Part shown: positions 1 through 11,621 of the stretch, one piece after another
How the letters are laid out: every line of letters begins with the position of its first letter
Numbering within the stretch: the first letter of the stretch is position 1
DNA from: Octopus vulgaris
Lineage: Eukaryota
Reading direction: 5' to 3'
Assembly (NCBI GenBank): GCA_951406725.2
Contig: OX597838.1
Span: 34,472,001 to 34,536,000, forward strand
Length of the DNA stretch: 64,000 nucleotides
Notes under the pieces: model-generated
Database searches by the model: none
What the model saw: only the letters and a program-made list of their open reading frames with translations
Told to the model about the DNA's origin: nothing
Program-made: the position numbers and the translations under genes

Positions 1-436
1 GATTCATGATTATTATAAGATTATCATTCTGAGTTCAAATTCCACCAAGGTCGACTTTGCCTTTCATCCTTTCGGGGTCGATAAATTAAGTACCATTTAC
101 GCACTGGGGGTTGATGTAATCAACTTAATTCGTTTGTCTGTCCTTGTTTGTCCCCTCTATGTTTAGCCCCTTGTGGGTAATAAAGAAGCATATTAGGTGT
201 TAGGAAGGGCATCCAGCTGTAGAAACACTGCCAGATCAGACTGGAGCCTGGTGCAGCCTCCTGGCTTCCCACACCCCGGTCGAACCGTCCAACCCATGCT
301 AGCATGGAAAGCGGACGTTAACTATGATGATGATGATGATTTACTAGATCATAAACTGGCCTGGGACTAAACAACAACAACAACAACAGGCATTATTCAT
401 TTATTCTGTAACTCGTAACAACGTTCTTACTGGTAT

Positions 437-847
437 AGGCGTAGGAGTGGCTGTGTGGTAAGTAGCTTGCTACAAACCACTTGGTTCCATGTTCAGTCCC
501 ACTGCGTGGCACCTTGGGCAAGTGTCTTCTACTATAACCTCGGGCTGACCAAAGCCTTGCGAGTGGATTTGATAGACGGAAACTGGAAGAAGCCCGTCGT
601 ATATGTATGTATATGTATATGTATATGTGTGTGTATGTGTTTGTGTGTCTGTGTTTGTCCCCCAACATCACTTGACAACCAATGCTGGTGTGTCTACGTC
701 CCCGTAACTTAGCGGTTCGGCAAAAAGAGACCGATATAATAAGTACTAGGCTTACAAAGAATAAGTCCTGGGGTCGATTTGCTCGACTAAAGGCGGTGCT
801 CCAGCATGGCCACAGTCAAATGACTGAAACAAGTAAAAGAGTAAAAA
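437..847 (+). mobile_element. SINE family A (tRNA-derived, CORE-like CCTTGGGCAAGT, internal (TA)/(TG) microsatellite); representative of about 25 copies
   Basis: Near-identical copies start at about 7000, 17565, 21579, 30976, 31980, 35171, 38087, 40806, 45801, 59400, 60065 (+) and 27566, 42211, 43250, 58613, 60790 (-). Confidence 0.9.
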
Positions 848-1101
848 AAGAGATTGCCGATAACATGTAAAAAGCACCCAGCACCCTCTGTAAAATGGTT
901 GGTGTTATGAAGGGCATGTAATCCTAGAAATCATGCTAAAGCAGGCATTGGTGCTTGGTGCAGTCATCTGGCTTGTCAATTCCCGTCAAGTTGTCTTGCT
1001 TGTCAACTCCTGTCAAACATGTCAGCATGGAAGGCAGATGTTAGCGATGATGTGAATGATGCATTTTATTGTATTTTATTATATTTGTTTGAGCTCTTGT
1101 A

Positions 1102-1187
<86 letters not shown>

Positions 1188-1563
1188 CACCACCACCATC
1201 CCTACTACTACTTCTATTCGTTATTGTTGTGTATTCCTTGGTCAGTTTACGTCAGGTAAATTTATCACTAAAGGCTTTCTACATGTGATGAAGTTTGAAT
1301 TTACATGTTATTCAATGTAGAACTACATATTCTCATAGGTCAAAGAAAGTGCGTGATCTGAGGGAGGTTTGGCTGCTGTTTCTAGCAAGCTGATGTAGTC
1401 GAGAGCAGTCACCAGCCAACTTCAGCCCACCTAACAAAAAGTTACCTTGAATTTCTTTCAGCAGTGGGGGCCCATTTGATGATGAGCCATGTATCACGCA
1501 GCCCACTTCTCAGTAAAGGTTGCCTGTGCTGGGTGTAGAGGTTCTCTCGTGTTATACATTTAA

Positions 1564-1927
1564 TGTGTGAAAAGTCTGGCTGCATACACGTTAGCATATG
1601 TCAGGTGCATACAAAAAGATTTATTCAGTGAGTTCTATTCAACACATGTTTACACGTGGAATCCATTAGATGAAGGCATTTTCAAAGTTTTGGCCGATAA
1701 AGTTGAACTGAAAAACCCTACAACGAGGCATGAATTGCATGAAGCCGTCTTGCAGTCTTGGGAAGAGCTATCTGAGCAGAAAATTCATGGATGTATTCAA
1801 CATCAAACTCGTGTTCGGCATCAAATAGTTGACTGTTGTGGTGGTAACAGATTCGTGTAATAAATTTTGTGTTTATTTTTGTTTCATAATATATAGTTTT
1901 TCGGATGCAGCCAGACTTTTTACACAG
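1564..1927 (+). mobile_element. Tc1-like MITE (second copy about 44606-44985)
   Basis: TIRs AAAAGTCTGGCTGCAT / ATGCAGCCAGACTTTT; transposase C-terminal remnant (NPLDE...SWEELS). Confidence 0.75.
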
Positions 1928-2215
1928 AGTTGACAAGCAAGACAACTTGACGGGAATTGACAAGCCAGATGACTGCACCAAGCACCAATGCCTGCTTTAG
2001 CATGATTTCTAGGATTACATGCCCTTCATAACATCAACCATTTTACAGAGGGTGCTGGGTGCTTTTTACATGTTATCGGCAATCTCTTTTTTTACTCTTT
2101 TACTTGCTCCAGTCATTTGACTGTGGCCATGCTGGAGCACCGCCTTTAGTCGAGCAAATCGACCCCAGGACTTATTCTTTGTAAGCCTAGTACTTATATT
2201 TTATGTTCTTTACAG

Positions 2216-2301
2216 AGCCATCCTGAAGAACCGGTGGAGAAATTCTATGACAATGGCAATAAATTTTTCACTATCTTCCCTGATGGAACTGGAAATATTT
2301 T
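2216..2301 (+). CDS. ERICH6/FAM194-domain protein, internal exon (first seen in window; upstream exons lie outside)
   Basis: tttacag acceptor; SHPEEPVEKFYDNGNKFFTIFPDGTGNI(F); ends at U12-type donor GTATCCTTT (2302). FPDGT...YPSG..AI resembles the FAM194 domain of ERICH6/ERICH6B as recalled. Confidence 0.85.
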
Positions 2302-4666
2302 GTATCCTTTTGTCTTCCTTCTTGCATGTCACTTAGTCTTATCTCTCTCTCTCTCTCCATGTATGCGTATGTGTGTGTGTATGATGGTGCCATGTAAATG
2401 GCACTTGTGCTGGTGACACGTAAAAAGTACCCATTACACCCTCAGTGTGGTTGGCATTAGGAATCGAAGCCGAGCCAAACCCGCCATAGAACCCATACCA
2501 AATCAGACTGGAAGCTGATTCAGCCCTCCTGCTTAACAGTTCCAGGCAAACCCTCCAACCCATGCCAGCATGGAAAGCAGATGTTAAATGATGATGGGGA
2601 AAACGTGCGGAAACAGTCTTGGGGGTGCCCTGGGGGATGACCTAGACAGATAGATAGATTGCTCCAGTCATTTGACTGCGGCCATACTAGGGCACAGCCC
2701 CTGAAGGGCTTAGTCGAACAAATCAACCCTAATATTTATTTTTGAAGCCTGGTACTTATTTTATCGGTATCTTTTGCCAAACTAAGTTACAGGAATGTAA
2801 ACAAACCAACACCAATTGTCAACTAGTAATGGGTTACAAACACAAATAACTTCATTAGCTTAGTGTCTGCTATGGGATGCAGTGGACTCATAGTTGAGTG
2901 CCTGAGTTAACACCTTATTGACTCAAAATATGAGTATATGTATATTTTTTATTAATATTTAGCAGAAGCAACAGAGTGACTTAAGGGCCTAGAGTTTCGT
3001 GCATTGTCACACAAAACTCTCAGCTTTTGAATCACTCTGTTGCTTCTGCTAAATGTTAATGGAACTAAATATAGTGGCTGTGTGGTAAGAAGCTTGCATC
3101 TCAACCACATGGTTCCGGGCTCAGTGCCACTTTGTGGCATCTTTGGCAGGTGTGTCTTCTACTATAGCCTCAGGTTGACTAAAACCTTGTGAGTGGATAT
3201 GGTAGATGGAAACTGAAAGAAGCCCATCTAAGTGGTTTTAGAGTCAAGTTTTGACTGCTATTTCCAGCATGGTGGTATCTCTTAGATACCCTAAATTATA
3301 ATTTACTAGCAGCATAGCCCAGCGTTGCCTGGGTATGTAAGAGCCCCTAGTAGGCAATGACTAATCCCAATCTAGTCCTTTCCCTCTAGGGAACGAAGGC
3401 GCATGTGTAGGTTGCAATGTCTTCTTCACTCGAATACTTCTGTGTATACGATGTTCCTAGCTGTCCCTAGCTGTCGAGTTGTGTCCCCTAGACAGAAAAT
3501 GTGTTGCATATAAAAAGCTTAGATTCTCAACCTCAGAACTGAGGGAACTTTTCAAAATGTTCGCTGCGTTAGTTTTGAATTATGACATTGGGCTATATGT
3601 GTGTCAAGTTTCATCAGAATCGGTTGAAAGCCGTAGTCAGGGTGAGGGTACAACCTGACAGACACACAGACAGACAAACGGCCGTTTATATAGATAGAAA
3701 TATATGTATATATATGTATATATATATATATATCTATATATATATATATGCTTGTGTGTTTGTGTTTGTCCCCCCACCATCACTTGACAACGGATGTTGG
3801 TGTGTTTACGTCCCCATAACCTAGCAGTTTGGCAAAAGAGACTGATAGAATAAGTGCTAGGCTTACAAAGAACAAATCCTGGAGTCAATGTATTCGACTA
3901 AAAGGTGGTGCTCCAGTGTGGCCACAGTCAAAAGACTGAAATAAGTAAAAGAGTATATATATATATATACATACCATCACTCAGTCCACTTGGAGGGGTG
4001 GTTGGTGTTTGGAAGGGCATCCAGCCGTTAAAACAGGAGTTTTGTGCAGTCTTCTATTTGGCCACCTCCTGTCAAACTGTCCAACCCATGCCAGCATGGA
4101 AGGCAGACATTAAACGATGATAATGATGATGACTAAATGCCTGCCCTCCATGCTAACACAGACACTCTCTCTTTCTCTCTTTCCATCTATCCATCTTGTA
4201 GTGTGATGGAGGAAAAGGACAAGAGAAAAAGAAGCAATGAGAGAAAGAAATACAAAAGGCCTTACCTCGGCGAAATCAGCGGTCACTCTCGCACGAATTC
4301 AACATCTCTTGTCGCTCTGCATTCTTTGCTGGAACTGACCACACGTGCTTGCTGACCACGCGTGCTTCCTGCCCATGCATGTCCCTTTCACTCTTCCGCT
4401 GGCCCCTGCAAGTCTTACTTCCGCCCACCTCATCTGTCATCCTCTCCACCAACACCACATAGCTCATCACAACCCATAACACCGCTAACACCACACATCT
4501 ATTTATACACATGCACATACAGAGAGAGAGAGAAAGGGGCAGATAGACAAACAGTGAATTTTAAAGCTGATTTACTCTTGTGAAAATTTCTATTTCTCTT
4601 CTGTGGTCTCTTGAGTAATTTCTATTCGTTATCTAACGATCAACAACTTTTCCTCAACAACTGTAG
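2302..4666 (+). other. U12-type (minor spliceosome) GT-AG intron
   Basis: 5' site GTATCCTTT (2302-2310); branch-site-like TTTTCCTCAAC (4648-4658) about 8 nt before AG, with no polypyrimidine tract; splicing restores the frame. Confidence 0.85.
3306..3698 (-). mobile_element. Non-autonomous helitron
   Basis: Minus strand 5' TCTATCTATATAAA; 3' hairpin CCCAGGCAACGCTGGG followed by CTAG|T. Confidence 0.72.
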
Positions 4667-4822
4667 TTATCCGTCAGGCAAACTGGCCATTCTGATCAGT
4701 TCCACCTTGCCTTATCATTTCACTTATATAGTATATGGAGAAGTCGGCAGAAAGCAACAAGTGATGGCAGTGTTTGAGCATACAGGATACGGCACGTGTT
4801 ATCATCTAAATGGTAATGTCAG
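4667..4822 (+). CDS. ERICH6/FAM194-domain protein, exon
   Basis: TT+T=Phe restores GNIFYPSGKLAILISSTLPYHFTYIVYGEVGRKQQVMAVFEHTGYGTCYHLNGNVR; donor AG|gtgggt. Confidence 0.88.
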
Positions 4823-5868
4823 GTGGGTTTTTTTTATTATATTCTATCATAACTGATGATGAGCCATATTTCATGTGGCCTGCTTCCCAAAAAAGATCGT
4901 TTGTGCCCTGCTTTCTGTAGTTTTTCATCTGCCAGATACATCGACCATAATATCCTTAAATCATTCCCTCCCCTCTTACAAAATATATTCGGTAATGTAA
5001 TAAGGCAGCAAGGTGGTACAATCGTTAGCATATTGGGAAAAATGCTTAGTGGCGTTCTGTCTGTCTTTATGTTTTGAGTTCAAATTCTACCGAGGTTGAC
5101 TTTGCCTTTCATTCTTTCAGGGCTGGTAAAATAACTATCATTTGAGTACTGGGGTCGATGTAATCGAGTAGACTCCTCCCTAAAAGTTCTCGGGCCTTGT
5201 GGGGCCTTGTGCCTATTGTAGAAAGGATAGGTATGTAAAAAGCACCAACCGATCGTGGCCATTGCCAGCCTTCCCTGGCACGTAAAAAGCACCCACTACA
5301 TTCACAGAGTGGTTGGCGTTAGGAAGGGCATCCAGCTGTAGAAACTCTGCCAGATCAAACTGGAGCCTGGTGCAGCCTCCTGGCTTCCCAGACCCCCAGT
5401 CGAACCGTCCAACCCATGCTAGCATGGAAAGCGGACGTTAAATGATGATGATGATGATGATGATTGATGATGTAGTCATACAAACATCTGAAACAATGAG
5501 ATGGTTATGACTGGAAATCCTTTGATGACATGCCTGCTCTGGCATGGTTAGCCTAGGGTTGAACCACAACATGTAACTTTATTTTTACCCAGTTATAAAA
5601 AAAGTTTTGCAAATCTGGCAACTCTGTAGCTATGACTATAAAAGGTAAAAAAGCATAAAGCTTCTCCCCAAGTCATATAGACTCATAAAGCTGGTTTCCT
5701 GCTTTCTGTGGTGTATATATTCCCCCTGGATGAGGTGCTAGTCCATTGTAGGACTACTCATTTTTATCAGCTGGAGCAACATGAAGTGTTTCACCCAAGA
5801 ACGCAATGCATCACCCAGTTCAGGAATCAAAACCTCAACCTTATAATCATAAGTGCAACACCCTAACC

Positions 5869-6069
5869 CAGTGGTTTTCAACCAGGGTTCCGCAAGTACA
5901 GTCCAGGGGTTCCGCAAGAAGTTACAAAACTGCTAAAATCGGCAGGAATTTTTAAGTCTTCTGTGCAGATATTTGTGCATAAGACTATTAAATTATTGCA
6001 CAGGGGTTCCCCGAGCCAGTGGAATGTTTCCTTGGGGTTCCGCTCCAGCAAAAAGTTTGAAAGGCACTG
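5869..6069 (+). mobile_element. hAT-type MITE (other copies 26760-26984, 46456-46656)
   Basis: CAGTG...CACTG ends; 8-bp TSDs CCCTAACC, CGTTAGAR and GTTTAAGT. Confidence 0.85.
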
Positions 6070-6148
6070 CCCTAACCACTCAGCCACAACTGCAACCTAG
6101 TATTTCTAATTTCTGCAAAATTCATGCAAATTTTTCTCTTTTCCGCAG

Positions 6149-6371
6149 ATTGTACATTGACCCCGCTGGGGGTGTGGAAATGAGCCCTGCAGGGTCATGT
6201 CGTAAGAAGTGGCTGTGGAAAGACCTCCAATGCCATGCCCCTCCACTTCAGCCTATCTTCATCCATCTAAACAGATTCATTGGAATGAAAGTGCTGTCAC
6301 AGCAGAACATTCAGTTGACCATCACTTTTCGAAGATTCAGCTGTCGTATGAACCTTGGAGTCTACATGAAA
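6149..6371 (+). CDS. ERICH6/FAM194-domain protein, exon
   Basis: ttttccgcag acceptor, phase 2 matches previous exon; LYIDPAGG...KKWLWKDLQCHAPPLQPIFIHLNRFIGMKVLSQQNIQLT...NLGVYMK; donor gtaagt. Confidence 0.88.
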
Positions 6372-8344
6372 GTAAGTAATGCATCTTACCTTGCAGAACT
6401 GAACGTGCAATATCTGAGCAACTTGCTGCAAAAATATATGGTATTATGACAAAGAACCTAAATATGTCAATTATAAATCTAATTGTAAGCGTTCGCTGAT
6501 GAATTGGAAATACAAATAGCAGCTCTCTCTTTCACATTACATGGCTGGAATGCTTTTGATCATATATCCGTGCCAGTGGCACATAAAAAGATAGTGATTC
6601 TTAACCGTTTTAATATCCAGGCCAGTTCTCAAACCTGGATTTTTTAGTGGGCCACACCATGACTGCATCCATGCTAGTGGAGTGCTAAGAGCACCATCTG
6701 AGTGTGATCGTTGCCAGAGCAACAAACTGGTTTCCATGCCAGTGGCACGTAAAAAGCACCATTCAAGCATGATTGTTACCTGGACTGGAGCAATGTGGAA
6801 TAAAATGTCTTGCTCAAGGACACAACGCGTCGCCGGGAACTGAACTCATGACCTTACGATCATGAGCCGCATGCCCTAACCACTAAGCCACATACATCAT
6901 ACACACACACACACACACACATACATACAGAGAGTAAGTGAGTGAGTGCAAAACACCCTGCTGACTGTGATGCTCCATAAAATGAAATGTTAATTTTTTA
7001 GGCACAGGAGTGGCTGTGTGGTAAGTAGCTTGCTAACCAACCACATGGTTCAGTCCCACTGCGTGGCATCTTGGGCAAGTGTCTTCTACTATAGTCCCGG
7101 GCCGACCAATGCCTTGTGAGTGGATTTGGTAGACGGAAACTGAAAGAAGCCTGTCGTATATATGTATATATATATGTGTTTGTGTGTCTGTGTTTGTCCC
7201 CCTAGCATTGCTTGACAACCGATGCTGGTGTGTTTACGTCCCCGTCACTTAACGGTTCGGCAAAATAGACCGATAGAATAAGTACTGGGCTTACAAAGAA
7301 TAAGTTCCGGGGTTGATTTGCTCGACTAAAGGCGGTGCTCCAGCATGGCTGCAGTCAAATGACTGAAACAAGTAAAAGAGTAAAAGAGAGAGTGATCCTG
7401 TACCAAATGATCTACAGCCCTGTACTTGCCTGTGGCCTGGTGGTTGCAGACCTCTGCCATACCTTATAACATCATAGCTGTACTCTAGAAAATATCCCAT
7501 ATGTTCCTTACAGTATGACATCTTAGCTATACCCTTGGAAATATTTTATCTGTCCCTAACAGTATAACATTATATATGTATTCTAGAAAGTATCTCATTC
7601 GTTCCTTATCCTATAACATCATAGATGTACCCTAGCAAATGTCCTGTCTGTCCCTTGCAATATAATTTTATAGCTGTTTCCTACAATACACCCTACTTGT
7701 CCCTGACAAGACCTCATACGTGTCCACTACAATATATCTTATTTATTTATACTTTTTTATTTCTTTATTGCCCACAAGGGGCTAAACATAGAGGGGACAA
7801 ACAAGGACAGACAAAAGGATTAAGTCGATTACATCGACCCCAGTGTGTAACTGGTACTTATTTAATCGATCCCGAAAGGATGAAAGGCAAAGTTGACCTC
7901 AGCGGAATTTGAACACAGAACGTAACGACAGACGAAATACCTATTTCTTTACTACCCACAAGGGGCTAAACATAGAGGGAACAGACAAGGACAGACAAAA
8001 GGATTAAGTCGATTACATCGACCCCAGTGTGTAACTGGTACTTATTTAATTGACCTCGAAAGGATGAAAGGCAAAGTCGACCTCAGCAGAATTTGAACTC
8101 AGAACGTAACCGCAGACAAAATACCGCTAGGCAGTTCGCCCGGCCTGCTAACGATTGTGCCAGTTCACCACCCTTATTTATTTACACTTTTACAATATTA
8201 CTTTGTTAACTGCTCCCAAAAATATGTGCTCTCTGCCCCTTACAAAACAACCTTATAAGTGTCCCCTCCAACATAACCTCACTCCTCTGTGCAAAGAGCC
8301 CTCAAAGAACCTTCTTCAATCTATTTTCTCTGTATACCTTACAG

Positions 8345-8421
8345 CCAGTAGCAGTGTCAAAGTGGGTCCCACTTGTGGACGAACATTCTTTGTACTTGGA
8401 AGATAAAAGAAATGAAATCGA
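8345..8421 (+). CDS. ERICH6/FAM194-domain protein, exon
   Basis: ccttacag acceptor; PVAVSKWVPLVDEHSLYLEDKRNEIE; donor gtaagt; phases 0/2 fit neighbours. Confidence 0.75.
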
Positions 8422-8541
8422 GTAAGTGACATATTATTGTTTTATTCTTTCACTGGTTCCAGCCGGTTGGCAGCAGCCATGCTGGGGCACTGCTGTCATC
8501 ATCATCATCAGCATCGGGATCATGATCATCATCCTTATTGT

Positions 8542-8770
8542 TTAACCCTTTCGTTCCCGTATTTATTTTGAGATACTCTGTGTTTCTTTCAATTACTTTA
8601 AATATAACAGAGAATTTAGTAAAATAACTTAGTTATCATTAAGCTAGTATTAGGAACATAAATTGTGACTAAGGTTTTGGTGGAAGATTTTAATTCAAAA
8701 TTTATGAAAACAAGACATTTGTACTCAGAGCCAGAGCCAGTTTCAGCCGGGTTGGTATCGAAAGGGTTAA
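8542..8770. mobile_element. TTAA-CCC piggyBac-like MITE (related or similar elements about 14746-14969, 27232-27460)
   Basis: TTAACCCTTT...AAAGGGTTAA ends. Confidence 0.65.
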
Positions 8771-9700
8771 ACATCCACTTTCCCGTGCATGTAGGCGTCC
8801 GGTGGGTGAACTGAGCCGTGATGTCCTTCTCCCAACTCCACTTCACAACTGGCGGAAATGGTACTTAATTTATCAACCCCGAAAGGATGAAAGGCAAAAT
8901 CGACCTGTGCGGAATTTGAACTCAGAACGTGAAGGCAGACGAAATACCTATTTCTTTACTACCCACAAGGGGCTAAACACAGAGAGGACAGACAAGGACT
9001 GACAAACGGATTAAGTCGATTACATCGACCCCAGTGCGTAACTGGTACTTAATTTATCGACCCCGAAAGGATGAAAGCAAAGTCGACCTCGGTGTAATTT
9101 GAACTCAGAACGTAGCGGCAGACAAAATTTCACTAAGCATTTCGCCTGGCGTGCTAACATTTCTGCCAGCTAGCTGCCTTATTTCTGTTGAAGGAAACTT
9201 TTTACCACATCATCATCATCATCATCATCGTTTAGCATCCGCTTTCCTTGCTAGCATGGGTTGGACGGTTCAACTGGGGTCTGGGAAGCCAGAAGGCTGC
9301 ACCAGGCCCAGTCTGATCTGGCAGTGTTTCTACAGCTGGATGCCCTTCCTAACACCATCCACTCCGTGAGTGTAGTGGGTGCTTTTTATGTGCCACCGAC
9401 ACAGGTGCCAGACGAGGCTGGCGAACGGCCACGCTTGGATGGTGCTTTTTACGTGCCACCGGCACGGAGGCCAGGCGAGGCTGGCACGGCCACGATCGGA
9501 TGGTGTTTGTTACGTGCCACCGGCACAGAGGCCAGTTGATGCGGTGCTGGCTATGGCCACGTTCGGATGGTTCTCTTATGTGCCACCAGCACTGGTACAC
9601 AATCTACAAATTCCATTGATGTTGATCGATGGAATTTATGAAAAATAACAAATGGTTTACTTCGGTGATATTTTAACTTGTCTTTTCTGTATCTTTCCAG

Positions 9701-9887
9701 GTCTCTGCTGGACAAGGTGAGGAATTCGTTAAATTATTCTTGCTCTCCTAAACTGAACAAGATCCTCCCTCCAATCTACTTGACCAACCGTATCAATAAG
9801 CTGTCGGCTAAGAAACAGAATTTGCAACAGAATACACTTACAGCGAAATCTATAAAAATCCAACCGAACATCCAGCTGCAAGCGTAG
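9701..9887 (+). CDS. ERICH6/FAM194-domain protein, last coding exon
   Basis: atctttccag acceptor; SLLDKVRNSLNYSCSPKLNKILPPIYL...IQLQA-TAG; the five exons total 729 nt in one frame. Confidence 0.8.
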
Positions 9888-9961
9888 GGTGAAGTCTCTG
9901 ATGCTGATGTGTAGGACGAGGACAAAGAAAGCAATGCTAGTGATGATGGCTTCTATGATAG

Positions 9962-9993
<32 letters not shown>

Positions 9994-11068
9994 GCATCAA
10001 TGAGATGGTGATGAGAGTGGTGATAATGAGAATGATGCTGGTAATAGTAGTGATGATGACTACAATATTTTTGATGATGATAACGATTATAGATTCTGCT
10101 GTGATGACGACGATGAATGATATGATATAAAGTTGATATGACTCCACGGTCATATTTGTAGTTAAAACAATTAGCTGTCTTTTGGCTGCTATTTCTAAAT
10201 TTTCGGTATGTGGTGAAACAACTTGTTGCTAAACCCTTAATTATATTTGTAATTATATAAAAAAACTTTTTGTACAAGTTTTTACTGATTATGGTTTTTT
10301 TCCATACCGAGACTAGTTGGTAAAATTTATAAATTAATTATTAAATTAATAATTCTTTACCCTATATCATTTATATACATTTATACATATATAGAATATG
10401 TGTGATACCGGTGATAAAAATGTAGAGAAAATATAAATGTTGGTTAAACATTGCGGTTGACAATGACTACGACAGCAGCAATAATAATTCTTTGTAACAT
10501 TTATCAGTAAACCTTTTGCATATAAACCAGTCATATCCAGCCCACCTGCCCAAATATTCTACCTGTTTTATGTTCAAACAGGCCAATCTGGCTTCTCATA
10601 CTTACTCTAAAAGAAAATGTTTATGATATTGAAATCTCAAAGCTACGAGATAATGCATTCAAAACGATGTGCATGAATAAGCATCATATTTGGTAGAGTG
10701 ATCTGAATGCTAAAATGCTAACCTTGTGATTTAAGGAAGATTTTGCATTTGTTTCTGGCGCATCCTACGACCACCTGGGGCCTTACTTTTTTCTCCTCGG
10801 CACCTTGTGAGTTCGTGTGTGTGAGAAGAAGTATATTTACCAAGATAAAAAAAAAGTTTAATTAAAAACAAAAATTTTGAAGATTGAATTTTGAATATTG
10901 CCAACATTACTTTATTGTAAGGTGGTAAGCTGGCAGAATCGTGAGCATGATGGGCAAAATGCTAAGTGGAATTTTGTCCTTTTAAATTCCGCCAAGGTCA
11001 ACTTTGCTTTGCGTCCTTATTATTGAATACTGGGGTCAGTCTAATTGACTTATCCCTTCCCCTGAAAC

Positions 11069-11621
11069 TGCTGTAACTATAATATTACACTAGACCTTGT
11101 GATATCATACTGCTGTAAATATAATATTACACTAGACCTTGTGATATCTTACTGCTGTAACTATAATATTACATGAGACCTTGTGATATCTTACTGCTCT
11201 AACTATAATATTACACTAGACCTTGTGATATCATACTGCTGTAAATATAATATTACACTAGACCTTGTGATATCTTACTGCTGTAACTATAATATTACAT
11301 GAGACCTTGTGATATCTTACTGCTCTAACTATAATATTACACTAGACCTTGTGATATCATACTGCTGTAACTATAAAATTACACAAGACCTTGTGATATC
11401 TTACTGCTCTAACTATAATATTACACTAGACCTTGTGATATCATACTGCTGTAACTATAATATTACACAAGACCTTGTGATATCTTACTGCTCTAACTAT
11501 AATATTACACTAGACCTTTGATATCATACTGCTCTAACTATAATATCACACTAGACCATGTGATATCTTACTGCTGTAACTATAATATTACACTTGACCA
11601 TGTGATATCATACTGCTGTAA
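11069..11621. repeat. 42-bp minisatellite, about 13 units
   Basis: CTGCTGTAACTATAATATTACACTAGACCTTGTGATATCATA tandem units. Confidence 0.95.

Noticed and set aside
393-870. Recurrent short ORFs such as [29 protein letters not shown]
   Set aside because: Translations of SINE family A, repeated across the window.
9729-10277. 182-aa minus-strand ORF
   Set aside because: Antisense of the last ERICH6-like exon plus a (CAT)n low-complexity tract.
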